NCBI GenBank assembly: GCA_965649765.1
Contig: OZ287749.1
Span: 66,526,001 to 66,590,000, forward strand
DNA: 64,000 nucleotides
Direction: 5' to 3'
DNA from: Bispira polyomma
Taxonomy: Eukaryota
Each line of letters opens with the position of its first letter. Position 1 is the stretch's first letter. The notes beneath the pieces are model-generated. The model saw only the letters and a program-made list of their open reading frames with translations, did no database searches and had not been told where the DNA came from. The position numbers and the translations under genes were made by a program. Positions 51,461 to 63,555 of this stretch are shown piece by piece.

Positions 51461-51952
51461 AGTTTGCATGTAATTTCTGATTTTATATTCTGCAGCTTCA
51501 ACAAAAAAACAGGGACTAGGCCCAAAAATAGAAGATTTACCCTCTGCAAGGCGACTAGCCGAGTCCGCTTTCGACTCCGTTTGAAGGCGAAAAAACGCAA
51601 ACTTACTCTCTGTGATGAAGTGCTAGTGCTGTAGCGATTTATGAAGAAGACCTTAATCCGGGGCGTCCACAAAAACTCTACGTTAAGCCCAACCGAACGC
51701 TCCCGTCGTCGTTGCTAGGAAACACAGTAAATGTTAAAAAATGTCTATCGGCAGATACGAGATTGACTGGCCCCTCCGTTTTTGTTCACAAAAAAGCAAG
51801 TTATAAATTGAAAATTGCCCAAAATACTGCAAAACAGCTCTAAACAGCAATACTAGCACCTGTATAAAGCCATTATAACTTGCAAAGTAAAAACTTCGCA
51901 AAAAGAAAAAATAAATTGAAAACTTCAAAATGGCTGTGTACACACCTTGACG

Positions 51953-52121
51953 GTCAAAAACATTGTGAGGATTCAAATGATACCACGTGACCATGTTGAT
52001 ATTGACTTATCAAGTACACCACTGAACCACAGGTTAAGGTAGGATGATAGCTTTTTTCGGCTATTTGACCCTGGTTTAGTTGACGGCCATCAACTATAGC
52101 ATTTGTTAGGACGAGGTAAGT
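51953..52121. repeat. Element 2 5' ITR
   Basis: Reverse complement of 47472-47641, followed by the extension gttttttatgcaataaaaattg. Confidence 0.95.
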
Positions 52122-54154
52122 GTTTTTTATGCAATAAAAATTGAGGTGAAACAAGATGACAATGACGTACTCTATGTGTCTTAAAACCTGGGGCCATAAT
52201 TATCAAACATCTTTTAACTCATTGTCAATCTTATAGACTTAAATACGACATAGTACATTGTACATAGAATTTCTAGTAAATGGATAGAATCTCAACATGT
52301 CATTAATCATTTTATTAGCACTTTCTGCAGGGGAAATGAAAAAAATGGTTTAGTTTTTTTCAAAGATATTTTAATTTTTGTGGTAGGCAAAAATACACTG
52401 GGTCCTATTATTGTGAGTTTTTAGTTTAAGACCTTTAATAAATACAGCCTCTGGGTATTTTTTCAATACATTAGGTTAAATTAAATCTAAAAATTGGTCA
52501 GCCAATCCTATTTCAGTTTCAATTGGGTCAAGGTATGTAGAGATATTATAATTAATAATATACTCTATTTTGTGCTAATTTGGTAAAAGTCTGTACAGGT
52601 AGTAGTATACAGATAGGTAAAAAACCTAAATTAGGTTCTCTATTAGAGTTTAGTCAATTAACTGACAACACCAAAGTTTTTAGATGTTACAAATATCTGT
52701 CCACTATTTTTGGAATCTATACATTGTGTTACACTACACACTGAGTGCTCTAAGTGGTCGTTTCCTTCCACAGGAAGCAGAATCCATCCTGTCAAGTCAT
52801 GAGTTACTCTACTGGGCCAAATGCAAGTCAATCCAATCACGACAAGTATATTTGATAGTTTGTTGCAAAGGACTTTTTCTTGTTGATTACTGTCTGTTAA
52901 TACTGAACTAAAAGCAAAAGGCTGTACCATCCCTTTGATGACATCATATAGTAATCTGATTTTTACAAGTTTCAGGCTCTTTTATGGCTTTGTTCACATT
53001 GCACACGGTAAGCTGTGTTTGTGGGAAAGATTATCACATAATGTGCCTAATTTTTGAAAACAATCTGCAACAGATGTGTATTTTGATTTGAATCAAAATT
53101 TGGCTGAATAATCTTTGATCAAATGGAAAGTTTACATGATGCAAGATGTGATTATTGGACAACACCCAATGCTGTTTGAAAAGAACAATCCAGGAGCACT
53201 ACTTCTCTAAACTTCCTGTCAACACTCAAAGGGATGTACGATCGTGTCAAAAATACTTTCAAGAGCATGACATTATGTAGTCAATATTGCTAAATCTAGT
53301 CCTTTCCAATTTCCAGTCGAAGGGTTACAATGCTTTTACACATGCAAATCCCAATACAAACTTTAAAATAGGAATATTAGTTAATATGCAGTTCTGGTCT
53401 TTATAATAGATAATAGATGCTATACAGCCTTTAAAATCTTACACAAACGTGAATCTAAGCTTTAAACCATGTTTCTTTTTGAAAATCTGGGCACAGGTGT
53501 TAGGTTTATAAATGGGTTAAACATGAAAGAGCATTCAGTGGTCTCTGGCAGAAAAACCTGAACAGTGGAAACAGCAAATTGCAGCGATTCAAAGCATCCT
53601 ATTACAACAATCCAACAGTAAAACTCCATCTTCTTTTTTAAAGGATGGAACCCGATGAGATACAAAACAAAATTCTAGCATTATTTGTTGTTTAATGCAA
53701 AGTTTCATTTGATTTAGTAAATTGGACATTACTGCTGAGAAAACTTAGATTTAACGTAGGCTACAAAAGAAAACACATAGTAAGTAATCCCGACTGAACC
53801 AGCTGTCTGACCACAATCTTTAAGTACAGTTTAAAAATTCATTAGATTACGTCACCTAGCAATTATTGCACTGATGGATTAACACGGTAGACCAACACTG
53901 ATTGCTTTCGTTGCTCTGCCTTATTCAAAGACAGAGGCTCTATGGTGTGTGTTTTGTTAAGGGTTTATTTGCTTTGTCTTGCAAGTCTTTATTTCACAAA
54001 AAAAGGCAAAAAGACAATGACTTTATAACCTCAAAGTTCAACAGAATAACATGAGAGTACGCTAAAGTTGATCCTTAATGCCAACATTGAGTCAACAAAT
54101 TTATTTGGCATTATACTAAGGGCTTGACTTTGCCTTGCAGGTTTTGAAATAATA

Positions 54155-54397
54155 GGGGGCCGTATTCACAAAAAGGTGTTAGTCTTAACTTAGTCATAAA
54201 GTTTTTAACATCTATGTCCTAAATATTTAAAGACTGCCTAATGTTAATCTCAGTGTTAAGAGCAAAGTTAACACTAATCTTCTCTTACTGTCACTGGACT
54301 GTAACCAAAATCTTAACCCTTTCCACCAAAAAGCAAAGCCCATAATTTTAGGCTGAAGACTAAGTTAAGACTGACACTTTTTGTGAATACAGCCCCC
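54155..54397. mobile_element. Palindromic MITE
   Basis: ~41-bp TIR gggggc.gtattcacaaaaa.gtgt.agtcttaacttagtc. Confidence 0.8.
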
Positions 54398-55417
54398 AAA
54401 AATAGGAGATTGATTATGCCACAAGTTGTAGTGGAACCATTTATTATGTTAATGCTTTAAGGTACGAAATTCTTTTGGCAGTAGTATGTTGATTTTACCA
54501 CCATATCAATACTTAGATCTAAAAAGTTAAATAACTAGAAATTTTCTAGAATTGTTTGTATTTACAAAGTCTATAGGCCTGTCTATGATGCACTGTATGT
54601 ATGTGTTACAGGCAATTCTCTCACTTTAGCCCATGCTTTTGTAACAGCTCGCCCACAATTTTCTGGAAAAACAGTTCAAATTTTTAAACTTAAAACCATA
54701 TTGTCTTATAAGCCCCTTCCCTTACTATTTCTTCAGCCTTAGTTTAAAGCCTATGGGCTTTACAGAAAGAGAGAGTTCTAGATGTCAGCGAATGTATGAC
54801 AAGAAAATCAGTTTAGCCCACCCACAATGCTCTAGAAAACCAGAAAAAAAACAGTGTCAGTTTAAAGCTCGTTGGCCTATAAAATGAGTTTTGGCTATCA
54901 ATGTAGTGTCACTAGACTGTGGAGTTTGTTGATTACATATCATCTTTGGAGTAATATTTGGGAGATAATAACTGCATATATTTCAGTTTTTTTATCAAAT
55001 ATCCACTGTGGCTGTCACTTTTCTCAATCTGTGCTTGATTAGATGCTGGTTTTTTGTCCACAAAGACTCACACTAACAAAGCTGTACTCACAATAGGTGT
55101 TTCTATCTTTAAATAAGGCTAACTTGTATTTCAACTTGAGTAGAAATAATGCTAAGGTCATGCCAAATCACTGCCTTGCCATTGTTAATGATTAGGCTCA
55201 CATAAGCAACCGTATTTCATGTGTCAGATTAATCGCTTAATCAAACTTAAACTGAGTGGTCTATTGTATACAACAATTGACCTGCTTAGTGGCCTCTACA
55301 CATAGTATACCTTAAAGTACCAATTTAGGGCTTGCCTTAACACTATTACTGGTTTGAGGTATTTTTTTGTACTGAGAAGGCTGCTAATGGCTGTGTAGTA
55401 CATGAACTGCTTGCTAC

Positions 55418-55514
55418 CTATGTATAGGAGAACTCCATGGCATTCTCTATTGCTTTCTTGTATGCAGCCTGCTGTGTGTCCACTGAAGAATCCCCTGAAA
55501 TTCCATGTTCATAT
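55418..55514 (-). CDS. Candidate terminal coding exon (YEHGISGDSSVDTQQAAYKKAIENAMEFSYT*)
   Basis: Acceptor ctctatttttag, open phase-2 frame with protein-like composition, phase-compatible with the 57.2-kb exon. Confidence 0.45.
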
Positions 55515-55620
55515 CTAAAAATAGAGTACACAACATTCAGACTGATGTGAATAATATTTACCACTTATTCATTCTTTATTCACACTATTCTGTTCTCTCT
55601 ATATAAAAAAGTATATACCA

Positions 55621-55800
55621 TATATATCACACTGGATACTCTGATCCAGGAAAATCTCTGATTACCCTTGGGGGGAACTCCGATCAGAATTTCCACTAGA
55701 GTAACTCTGCTCAGAGTTGAAACTCTCAGAGTAGACTTACAGTTTCCTTACTAGAGTTGAAGTTTCACTCTGGATCAGAGTTTCCCAAATGACATATATA
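55621..55800. mobile_element. Palindromic MITE
   Basis: actctgatccag / ctggatcagagt arms in TA-rich flanks. Confidence 0.65.
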
Positions 55801-56229
55801 GTTTACTTCTAGCAGTATCCCTGTAAAATGGACTTCTGAAAATTAATGTTATAGAATATAACGGAGCACTACCCGATTTAACGATAATGACAACGACACT
55901 GTTCAACCTAAAACTTGCAGATATCTTGATGGTACATTTACCCATGCCCCAAAATCAAAACCTACACAGGTATAGATGATTTAGCAAGTCTCTTGCATGC
56001 TTGGAAGGTGGAACCTGAGTGGTTCTGATTGGGAGGCATAGAGCAGTGAAGGTAAGGTCCCAAAGGCAATCTATGCCTTCAAAAGTAGTTCTCCTGAATA
56101 TCCATATAGCTTGCAAAGGACCATTCTAATTCTAACATGACAAATTATTTTAATGTTTTTACTTCCATTGCATCACAATCGATGACCAGACATCCCCTGT
56201 GGTGCGCATCCAAATCAGTATGCAAAAGA

Positions 56230-56430
56230 ACAGTCTGATAAGGAGGAAAGGATGGTGATCAGAGTTTAGTCATGACCAGGAGACCAATGTTATGGCAGAA
56301 AAGCGAGTTGATATAGATGCGTTTTGAGCTTTTTCTTGAAGCCTGTAATCCTTGACTCAGTGTGAAGACTAGTAGGGAGACTATTTCACTCAGCAGGCGC
56401 TGCAACTTTGAATGCTTTTGAACTAGCCAG
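56230..56430 (-). mobile_element. Degenerate L2 3' fragment
   Basis: Reverse complement SSKAFKVAAPAE*NSLP...GFKKKLKTHLYQLAF. Confidence 0.7.
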
Positions 56431-57167
56431 TTTTTTTCAAAATTAAATATATTATCATGACATTTGTGTAGAATTCTTGCTGTATTTACAATTAAATCGT
56501 GTTATCAGAAGAACTATCTACTTGGCTAAAAAGAACGTTTTGTAGGGGAAACGTTTTGAGCATATTTTTTTTACCATGCTTTTGAACCAATCAGAATTAA
56601 GAAATAAGCTTGACATGTTGTGTGCCATTTGTAAAAGTATGGACCCAACAAGGAAATGATAAAGTGTATTATCGAAGCTGTTTGTCATGTTGAATGTCAA
56701 ACCTTCATTACAAGCAAACTTTAACCTTCTGTTGGGAGATAAGAGCTAAATGAGGGTAACGACAGCTAGTATTAAGAGATATCGGGACACTCATGACAAA
56801 AAACCCACTCACAAATTTATCTGCTCTAAATACTTAAAAGCATGTGTGTTTATCAACATCTAACTTACCAAAAAAGAAAACTTCTAACATCACACAAAAT
56901 TGGAGAACAAATTTAAAGGTATAACAACTACTATGTGTTCGCCTTAAAAATCAATATAAGTTTTTTATTGTCAATTTAGAACTTGAGATCTACCGAAACT
57001 GAAAGCGGAAATAACAGCTGTACAAAAGGTAGGGTATTAGCACACTGTTTAAAAGTCAAGTCCTTAAGAGCCCATTTCCAGCACTGTCTATCCTTTCTAC
57101 TTATTTCTGTGCCGTCCCTGGTGACTTGTAACAATTTGTCAATTGTTGAGCTGACAGTTTTGGAGTA

Positions 57168-57276
57168 TTACTGTGGGGGTCCAAGGCCTGGGACTGAGAA
57201 GAGAGGCTTTTCTAGGGGATTTTTAACAAAAGTCTCTTTCTCTGTTTTTATCTTTTTCTTGGGTGTTACTTCCTGT
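57168..57276 (-). CDS. Candidate coding exon of an unidentified host gene (QEVTPKKKIKTEKETFVKNPLEKPLFSVPGLGPPQ)
   Basis: Acceptor ttttgtttataatag, open phase-2 frame with NLS-like PKKKIK. It either ends at TAA (AATAAA at 56964-56969) or splices at CA|GTAATA in frame to 55514. Confidence 0.45.
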
Positions 57277-57734
57277 CTATTATAAACAAAAGCTTATTAG
57301 GTGGGTTTGGTATTTGTTTTTGTCCTGTGCTGCACTAATTTGGGTTGGATAGTCCACACTTTTTTCTTACCAATTCATTTTGATTTACTGAAACTTTACA
57401 GTTATATTAAAAACCTTATACCATTTCAAATGAATCCTAAAAAAATAACAAGGTACTTGATTCTCCAAAGTAGAAAGAAATATTTTCCATTGAAATAGTA
57501 CAACTTTGACACACTTTTAACATTTAAAGAATTGACCAGTTTTGGTTTATTTGTTTGTTTTTCCATATCCTACACTTGACACAGATTCAAGCAATATGAA
57601 ACTTACGTTAAATATTGCACTGTCACAATTCTTTCACAATTTATAAGAATTATGGCAACTTTAGAACTAAATTTCCAAATACAAGATAGTTACACTGCTT
57701 TTAAAATTTCCAGTCGATATACTGGGTGGAAAGA

Positions 57735-57932
57735 AAGGGCAGGAGAATTCATCTGGTGATCTGAAGATTCCCAGTTTGACTCCTGGTAATAACTTGATTA
57801 TGGTCATTATGCCTAACAATGTCTACCAAATTAGGTACGTATTTTGGATTCTGATTAATGGTTTATGGATGTAGATTATGGTCTTTAGAAGATGCATAGC
57901 ATCAATAAGGCATATTGAAACACAATGCAATG
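57735..57932 (+). mobile_element. Degenerate tRNA-head SINE with an L2-like tail
   Basis: Head aligns with 38110-38150. Ends ttagaagatgcatagcatcaataagg...caatgcaatg. Confidence 0.55.
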
Positions 57933-58839
57933 CTATCGTTGGCCTTCAGTTATGATAATTACTGTAGATAGTTGGCTGTACTTGGGCTATCAAGATAAGG
58001 CTAATTAACCCTTAGAATACAAGCGGTGGCTAAGTGTGTTGAGTATAAAATATGAATACAAATACAAACTATTATCTCTGAGTGAGTTGTCCCACAAACC
58101 TAATTAGAGTTATCATGTTACATATTGCAACTATTGGTCAAGGTTGCTGCATTATTGAACTACAAGATAAAGTTTTTCCCCTATTTAATTTCACAGAAAA
58201 CTAAGTGAAAGACAAAATAAAAGTCAAAAAATTATAACTGGCTTGTCACGGATACTTTGTGTCTATATATATCCAGCACATTATGCAGAAAAAGGTATAA
58301 CAATTTATTCTTTTATAAACAAATAATATTTTTCAAGTCAATAGAGAATGAATAGCATTTTTAAAATTTATTTATGCCAAGGAATTAATATCGCTCAATG
58401 TATTAAACTGAATGACAAACAAACCTTTGTTAGGAAATAGTAGGTATACATTCCTTAGAAACAAATAACATTTGTCACTTCATTGAAAAATATGCTGAAT
58501 CCTTTATCCAGATGCAGGAATTAATTGCACAGTAGGATAAACTGTGCTAGACAATCAAATGAAAATTTTGTAAATCTGTACAGATAATAAGGTTGTTAAA
58601 TACCAGTAACAATATTCACATAATGTTAGTGTTGTGTCATATTATAAAGACCGGAAGTGCGCATAAAACACAAAAGCCGTCAGTGCGCAATTCGTAACCG
58701 TACTTTATCTGGGAGAATAGATCACAGATAAATAGTTCCGTCAGAAGCTACAAAAATAGTTCACAGTAAGTTGTAAAATATCTATTATTTGCTTTAAAAT
58801 ATACTGTTGTCAGTCTTTATAATAAAAATAAAGTACACA

Positions 58840-58958
58840 GGCGTGTACTTTATTGGCGAATCAAGGACAGCCTTCCGGCATAATGGACTCGGGCCTACCG
58901 GTCCTCATCCGTTATTCCGCTGTAAGTCAGTCTTTGATTCGCCAATAAAGTACTCGCC
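58840..58958. repeat. Hairpin (foldback) element
   Basis: 29-bp arms ggcg.gtactttattggcgaatcaa.gac around a GC-rich apical hairpin ggactcgggcctaccggtcctcatcc. Confidence 0.85.
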
Positions 58959-59339
58959 CTTAAATTTTATTTCTACATTGAAGGTTTCACCTGTTCATCT
59001 CCAGGTTCCTTTAAGCTAATTGTTCTGTTTCAACAACATATTTATTATGCAGTTGTTTAGACAGGCAACAAAGCAATTGGGTATTTGATGTATAACAAGG
59101 TGGAGTTTCTCCAAAACTCAAAAGTGTCTCATTATTTATGAACAAAAAGAAATCAAACAAAGAGTTTCCATCGGTTTAAAATACAGAATAACTGACCTTG
59201 GGACCTATCTGTGGGATGACATAAGAGAATAACATCATCAAAGAAGTGCCATAAAGTGTTTACTGAGCACTTTAAAAGATCCAGGGGTTGTACCTACTAC
59301 CCATACATAGAATAAAAGGGGAATGTAGAGTTCAGAAAT

Positions 59340-59540
59340 ATTTCTCCAAATCATTCTAGCACACAGCACCAGCTCTGTGGAATTCCCTTTCTCAAAATAT
59401 CAGAACCAGTTCATCCATCTCAGTTTTCCAGACAAGACTTAACTCATTCTCATTCATCCAAACTTTCACTTAACATTGATGCCCAGTTTAGCATGCTATT
59501 TACTGATGACTCTCGCTTTGTCCATGGACTATGATTCTGA
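59340..59540 (+). mobile_element. Degenerate L2 3' fragment
   Basis: APALWNS remnant followed by a degenerate 3' UTR. Confidence 0.55.
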
Positions 59541-60145
59541 ACAGAAATGAGCAAAATTGCTTTGACTCCCACAATTTAAGGGAGACATAGCCAAGAAGAA
59601 TAGCATAGCATATTAGGGTGAAAAAGTGGCAGTATACTAAGCACAAACAATCTGTGAGTCAAAAATTAGCTTGAAATCACTCTATCTCACATTGTGTTGG
59701 GAGAGAACAGACATTTGTGAAAAAAAAAAATGCAGAAATCGGAAAAAAAAACAACCTGGCAACAGTATCTTTCAACATTTTAGAGTGTTTATGTCTTCCT
59801 AGATTTTGGGGTCAATATAATATTTTAATCTCCTTGCTTCCTCAGATTTACAGGACTAATTTTCCTTTTCATGAAGCACACATACATTCTCCACAATCCC
59901 CAGTAACTGTTATTTCCTTATAAATATCGTAGAAAGTGAAAAAACATCGCCGAAAAGCGGGCATTCCAAAAAATTCCAATCAACTCACAATAATGGATTC
60001 ATTCAGCAAGCACCAATTACTTGACCACAGACCTAGTTCATGTGACAGAAAATAAAAGTACCCAAAAGTACCCAAGTACCCAAAAGATGATAAATTCTGA
60101 CTATACACAGTCTGACCTGTAAGAAGGCAAGATAAATATGTCTAG

Positions 60146-60360
60146 TTTGGTTTGGGTTTAAAAGTTACTTTCAACACATTTATTGTAACATCACGACAGG
60201 CAGTTCACTGGTTAGAGGAAATCAGAACAGGGTAACTGGTCAAGATTCTCTGTTCTGAAAACAACTAGCCTTTAGCAAGTCTATTGGCAACTGTCCCACA
60301 CGCACACCAGGGCCGAGATTCAAATCAATGATAGCAGAGGTAGGAAGTGAAGGCAAGATG
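60146..60360 (-). mobile_element. Degenerate SINE of the same superfamily
   Basis: Reverse complement shows the same order: head, tgtgggacagttgcc, tttcctct, then tail taaacccaaaccaaa. Confidence 0.55.
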
Positions 60361-61449
60361 AAACCAGATATATTGCAATAGATGTTTTACAGTGAACACC
60401 CTAGTTAAGGTGATTTAATTTTTTCGATATTTTAACTGAAGAAAATGGAAATACAAACTAATTTTGTTCCCCCCCCCCCCACCTCCCCCCTCATCCATGT
60501 CACAAAAGGTATTCTAGGGAGGGGGGGGGGGGGGGGTGGCATAAAAAAAGGTAAATTCTAAAGCACCATGAGATTTAATAAAAGCTTCATCTTTCGATAT
60601 CTCACAGATGAAAAGCGTACATATCTATATATATATATATATATATAGTATATATCAGTATGCTTTGGTTTAGGTTTAGCAGTATTATCATACAAATCCT
60701 AGAACTAACGCTTTTGTCACTGAAAAAAAGACACCTCACATCTCAAAATAGGTCACTTGAGACAGTACACTGACGTGGGAATTTTTAACCAGCACAGACC
60801 CAGGTGGTTTCCTAACCACAAAAACCCACTTGAAAATAATTTGTTTACTGTTTAGTCTTTTTTTATCGATGATTTTCAGTTACTACGCACCCTGAATCTT
60901 TATTTAGAACCACATTTTTTATCTAACTGCGTTACTTGATTTAAATAATACATTTTACGGATGAATCAATAGTAAAAGCTTAATTTAGGTTTCGTATTTC
61001 AGTTTGTTTTTGAAACTTGAAGTAAAAAGTTACAAATCTGTATGAAGAGACATGGAAATGTGTTATACCTTGTGCTATTTAATTTCAAATAATTTAAACC
61101 TTTTTCTAAGTTTTTTTGGTTTTTGTGGTTTTTTTCTTAAATTTTTACAAAATAACCCAAAGCAGTAAAATAAACTTAAACAATTTAATTGAATTTTTTT
61201 CTATCCCTCGCATCATTTTACCCAATATCTGTGAGAATCCCAAGATGTGAAATTACCACAACAAGGCGATCCCTTTATATTTTTTTTGTAGAATGCACAC
61301 TTGACTGTTGAGTGTCATTAGTAAAAGTCATTCTAGAAAAATAATCTCAATAAAAACTAAAACATTCCTAATTTCATCAAAGTTTACAGACAGACGTCCT
61401 TCCAGTTTATTGCCAACAAAAATAATGAAGTAAACAACTACAAGGTAGG

Positions 61450-61613
61450 TCCTGTGACCTTAGTGGTGTGAGGACAAACTAGTGTACTCATTATTTTAGT
61501 TAAGGTAGTGATATACCTCAAAAATCGCATCTCTGCATTGGCCAATAAGTTGGATGGCTCCAACATATAGTTAGTGTTGTCAGGAAATGGTAATAGTATT
61601 TAGCTATAAATTT
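61450..61613 (-). mobile_element. Orphan degenerate DIRS 5' terminus related to element 1
   Basis: ttggccaataagttggatggctccaaca...tgtcaggaaatggtaa...gctataaatt aligns with 37627-37702 (ttggccagtgaattggacggctccaaca...tgttaggaaatagtaa...gctataaaatt). Confidence 0.7.
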
Positions 61614-62461
61614 TTGTAGTATTTTCAAATGAAAGCAATAAGCTGCCGTACTTAAAGTATAGACACAATGACCTTATAAAAATAGTCATTTAGTGTTTTC
61701 TAGCCGAATACCTTCTGACAATTTTTCAAATTACTGCATATCCAGTGATGGTTATCAGGTCCCACTGCTTGGCCATTGTTAAAAAGCTGAACATCAAAAT
61801 TTTATTTAAGTCCTTCGTCTTCAGAGTTTATTAGACAATTCAACCTCTAAACATCAAACATAAAGGGACCAAAATAAATACCTCTACTACTTAAGCAGGA
61901 TTTCAACTTAACAGGGTTGACTTGAAAGGAAAAGGATTTTTCTTCACATGAAAGGAAATTGACTTAACAGAGTTCTACTTAATAAGAGGGTTTGACTGCA
62001 TATTGCTTCTACTTTATTTACAATTTCAAACATATTCTCAGTGTACAATTTTATCGGAATCTCCAAGCCCTAATATCAATAGCTTTTAGTTTGTAAATAT
62101 ATTCTAACTGAGGTAACTGATCTTGACTTCCTTTCTAGCTACTGCAGTAGTTTCTAATTTAGTCATCTTGTAATGGAATATATCTTAGCTTCAGAACAGA
62201 AAAGGTTACCTCACCTTTATGCACCTTACCTTATGAATTTACCATAAAAAGCAATAACAGCTTTCATCATATTTGAAAGCCAACTAGTAAAATAGTCCTA
62301 AAATGTATTTCTATACATTGCAATTTTAAAAAACTCATGTAAGCACTCAAGCATTCACATTAAATAATTTGACTTACACAAAGAAGAATCGTGTGCAGAC
62401 ATGGTCTGGTTCTTGCATCACCCAAATGTCTGAAGTTTTCTTTTCTAAGGACTGACTTGTG

Positions 62462-62925
62462 ACAACTGTAACAGAAAAACAGGTAAAATGTCGGGTGTTA
62501 CAGGTGATAACTGGAACAGTAAAAACAGGTGAAATGTCAGATGTTACAGGATATAACTGGAACAAAAAAAAAAAAGTGAAATGTCAGGTGTTACAGGTGA
62601 TAACTGGAACAGAAAAAAACAGGTCAAATGTCAGGTGTTACAGGTGATAACTGGAACAGAAAAACAGGTGAAATGTCAGGTGTTACAGGTGATAACTGGA
62701 ACAAAAAAACTGGTGAAATGTCAGGTGATAATTGGAACAAAACAACAGGTAAAATGTCAGGTCATAATTGGAACAGAAAAACAGGTGAAATGTCAGGCGT
62801 TACAGGTGAAAACTAGAACAGAAAAACAGGTGAAATGTCAGGTGTTACAGATGATAACTAGGCTAAGCACAGAAAACAGGCGAAACATCAGGTGTAACTA
62901 GTGATGGAACAGAAAAACAGGTGAA
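62462..62925. repeat. 45-bp minisatellite (~10 units, some 36-bp variants)
   Basis: Unit aaaaacaggtgaaatgtcaggtgttacaggtgataactggaacag. Confidence 0.93.
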
Positions 62926-62959
62926 GTAAATGTAATGGTAAAAGATTATTCAGGTCAAA

Positions 62960-63555
62960 GCATGACGTTGCACATCCACAACCCTTAAAAATTATCTGTA
63001 CTCAATAAGAACATCTGGTGACAAGTACAATGTAGTTACAAACATATAGATTTCCAGGTCAAGGTCATTACTCCAATATCAAATGTCAAAAATACGTCGG
63101 CCCAGGACGTTGCATATATGGGCATAGACTGAAAAACAATTTCAGGTCAGTGTCACTAAACCAAGGTTAAAGCTGTAACTTGTTGCCAATAAAATATAGC
63201 ACAAACAAGATTTCATTTCTCCAAGTTCAAATGTCAGGATGAGGTCAGACTGTAATGTTGCACATTTATAAGCCTGAACACACATTTGTACTTCTTTTAA
63301 ACTTTTTGTGAAAAGATTTTCAAGTTTGGTCACATAACCGTGATAGGTGACAGGTCAAAGTATGATCAAATCAGAAAGCTGCACAAATGTACACCTAAAT
63401 ATTTTGGTGCCAAAATATATGAACTGAGTTAATGGCTCCTGAGACTTGTCCAGATAACGTAGATGACCATACAAATGCAACACACAACAAAGACAACAAA
63501 AACAACAAAACAAAACAAAACCCTGACAGCCATATATGGCGATGGCATCAAAAAA
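62960..63555. mobile_element. Helentron-like (HINE) repeat
   Basis: AGGTCA-rich body, (CAA/CAAAA)n microsatellite and a terminal hairpin gccatatatggc before an A-run. Confidence 0.45.

Larger units (their letters stand above)
47430..52143 (-). mobile_element. Second DIRS1-like element (element 2), coding-dead and probably non-autonomous
   Basis: ITRs at 47472-47641 and 51953-52121, ICR at 47691-47826, TTG at both ends. Minus-strand remnants FRPFKWYL (~49640-49665), LVFIDTDNTTTVSYLIK (~49300-49355) and IECSLH*EVF (~49090-49140) are collinear with element 1 pol. Confidence 0.9.

Noticed and set aside
52658-53030. DEG/ENaC-like LTVCNVN string on the minus strand
   Set aside because: Spacing differs from FPAVTxCN and the flanks show no channel features.
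62230-62445. Additional small phase-2 exons upstream of the 57-kb exons
   Set aside because: Short open frames between AG and GT arise by chance and the peptide is unrecognisable.
62581-62901. Repeat-protein gene
   Set aside because: The ORF is a by-product of a minisatellite whose unit length is a multiple of 3; no splice or other coding evidence.
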